Positions 62,641 through 64,000 of a DNA stretch of 64,000 bases are shown one piece after another. The notes under the pieces are model-generated. The model searched no databases. It was not told the origin of the DNA and was given only the letters and a program-made list of their open reading frames with translations. Where the stretch lies: assembly GCA_017993775.1 (NCBI GenBank), contig JAGOMA010000005.1, positions 19,561-83,560 on the forward strand, given 5' to 3'. Each line of letters opens with the position of its first letter. Positions within the stretch are counted from its first letter, which is position 1. This stretch comes from Chloroflexota bacterium (GTDB lineage: Bacteria; Chloroflexota; Anaerolineae; Promineifilales; Promineifilaceae). Made by a program: the position numbers and the translations under genes.

Positions 62641-63120
62641 ATGTTAGGTAATCTACAAATCAACCCGCAAGGGATCATTAATTCGCAAGCCACCGCCTAC
62701 GAAGCCTCTCGTTCCCACTACGCCAAGGTCTTCTCGCGGCTGGCAATGACAGCCAAGTGGCGTCAATTTTGCGCCTGGCTCACGGGCAGCCACCGCGAAC
62801 TGCTCAATTTGAATGCTTGCGGGCAGGTGAACGGCCGTCATTACCTGGGTGTGCGTCTGGTCCCGCTGGCGCAAATCACCGGCAGCGAAGGGCGCGCCGC
62901 CGACTACGACATCGACTTTTTGCCCCGCCAGCAGCACGACGAAGACCGCTGGGTCGGCGTGGCCACCGCCCGCAGAATGGGCAAACCGATGCCGCCGGTA
63001 GAGCTGGTGCAAATCGGCCGCAACTACTTTGTCCGCGATGGTCACCATCGCATCTCCATCGCTCGCGCTCTGGGCGAGCTGGAAATTGAAGCTGAAGTAA
63101 CCCGTTGGGAAACCAACTAA
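62641..63120 (+). CDS. ParB-like nuclease (ParBc) domain protein
   Basis: Strong RBS AAGGAG. The C-terminal VELVQIGRNYFVRDGHHRISIARALG carries the DGHHR ParB/Srx-type motif; 159 aa. Confidence 0.55.
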   Translation: MLGNLQINPQGIINSQATAYEASRSHYAKVFSRLAMTAKWRQFCAWLTGSHRELLNLNACGQVNGRHYLGVRLVPLAQITGSEGRAADYDIDFLPRQQHDEDRWVGVATARRMGKPMPPVELVQIGRNYFVRDGHHRISIARALGELEIEAEVTRWETN

Positions 63121-63296
63121 CACATTTTGGCAATCCCTACTGGAAACCGCATCCGTGAGCAATCGGGGGTGCGGTTTTTTGATTTGAGAGCTGTCCCAGC
63201 GCTCCTATCAGCCCATACAGGATTGACATCTGCCGTGATTGGGGTAGCATTTGCCCATTAACCACACTGATTCAGCATATGTTTAGGAGAATTCCC

Positions 63297-64000
63297 ATGG
63301 AAAAGAAGCTCGCAGAATTAAAGCGACGTCTGCTAGAAGTTGACGATTTGAATGGCGCGACGGCCGTTTTGAATTGGGATCAGGCAACCTACATGCCCCC
63401 AGCCGGAGCGGCTGCCCGTGGCCGCCAGCTCGCCACCCTCAGCCAGATGGCGCACGAAAAGTTTGTCGCCCCGGAAATTGGCAAGCTGTTGGATGATTTA
63501 CGGCCGTATGCCGAATCCCTGCCCTACGACAACGACGACGCCAGCCTCATTCGCATCACCCGCCGCCAATACGACAAGTCCACGAAAGTTCCCTCCACCC
63601 TGCTGGGCGCGTTTTACCAACATTCAGCCGCAACCTATCAGGTGTGGACTCAGGCGCGGCCGGCCAATGATTTTACGGCCGTGCAACCCTACCTGGAAAA
63701 AACCCTCGACTTCAGCCGCCAGATCGCCAATTGCTTCCCCGGCTACGACCACATCGCCGATCCCCTCATCGACTTTTCCGACGAAGGCATGAAAGCCGAA
63801 TCGGTTCGCGCCTTGTTCAGCGAACTGCGCGCCCAACTGGTTCCCATTGTCCAGGCCATCATCGCCCAACCAGAGGCCGATAACAGCTGCCTGCACCATT
63901 CCTTCCCCGAAACCGACCAGTTGGCATTTGGCAAAAAAGTCATCGAGGCCTACGGCTTCGACTTCAAAGGCGGGCGGCAAGACAAAACCCACCATCCCTT
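63297..64000 (+). CDS. carboxypeptidase Taq-like metallopeptidase (M32), 5-prime part, continues beyond window
   Basis: RBS AGGAGA 6 nt before ATG 63297. MEKKLAELKRRLLEVDDLNGATAVLNWDQATYMPPAGAAARGRQLATL matches the M32 N-terminus. No stop in the window, so it is absent from the ORF track. Confidence 0.8.
   Translation, partial: MEKKLAELKRRLLEVDDLNGATAVLNWDQATYMPPAGAAARGRQLATLSQMAHEKFVAPEIGKLLDDLRPYAESLPYDNDDASLIRITRRQYDKSTKVPSTLLGAFYQHSAATYQVWTQARPANDFTAVQPYLEKTLDFSRQIANCFPGYDHIADPLIDFSDEGMKAESVRALFSELRAQLVPIVQAIIAQPEADNSCLHHSFPETDQLAFGKKVIEAYGFDFKGGRQDKTHHP

Noticed and set aside
62460-62693. N-terminal 78 codons of the regulator ORF as called in the track (MACELMIPCG...)
   Set aside because: Overlaps a divergent gene that has a strong RBS. 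No SARP begins this way, and an in-frame TTG with an SD sits exactly at the expected wHTH start.

Overview
High-GC (~58-60% by eye) bacterial chromosomal window, densely coding; the taxon cannot be assigned from sequence alone. The six-frame track evidently accepts TTG/GTG starts, so its first M is not always ATG.

Gene content, in order:
- Minus strand at the left edge: lysS (truncated; not in the ORF track because it runs off the window) and greA.
- A beta-lactamase-class-A-like/SH3b lipoprotein, a Lon-N domain protein and pckA.
- A MsbA-like ABC exporter.
- A copper-homeostasis operon on the minus strand: csoR, copZ, copA, a peroxiredoxin-like lipoprotein interrupted by an in-frame TGA exactly at the peroxidatic-Cys position (candidate selenoprotein), and a Met-rich c-type cytochrome.
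- A CBS-type family II pyrophosphatase, a WYL regulator, a YdcF protein, a metallophosphoesterase and a PHP histidinol-phosphatase.
- ybbN/cnoX divergent from dnaK-grpE-dnaJ-like.
- An S8 subtilase with a separate prodomain-like lipoprotein; corA.
- An nfeD / flotillin / PspA-like / K-channel-like cluster.
- A circularly-permuted ATP-grasp / Alpha-E / transglutaminase operon; clpB.
- A tlpA-like lipoprotein followed by ccdA; zwf-gnd.
- A GH133-like debranching enzyme, pepT, and an M20 peptidase.
- Two tandem WS/DGAT acyltransferases, each fused to a C-terminal ComEA-type HhH domain.
- A SARP(BTAD)-NB-ARC-TPR STAND regulator, a ParB-like nuclease-domain protein and an M32 carboxypeptidase (truncated).

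Non-genic signals:
- The palindromic octamer ACGGCCGT (often extended to AACGGCCGTT / GAAACGGCCGTTTC) is present roughly every 300-400 bp, about 100-fold over expectation. It is mostly in frame as Thr-Ala-Val inside genes and forms the core of several intergenic hairpins.
- Two related 21-bp tandem-repeat arrays (about 10 copies each).
- A ~200-bp MITE-like element with 15-16 bp TIRs and a 9-bp target-site duplication.
- A probable small RNA with a near-consensus sigma70 promoter and intrinsic terminator.
- At least three families of REP-like palindromic intergenic elements.
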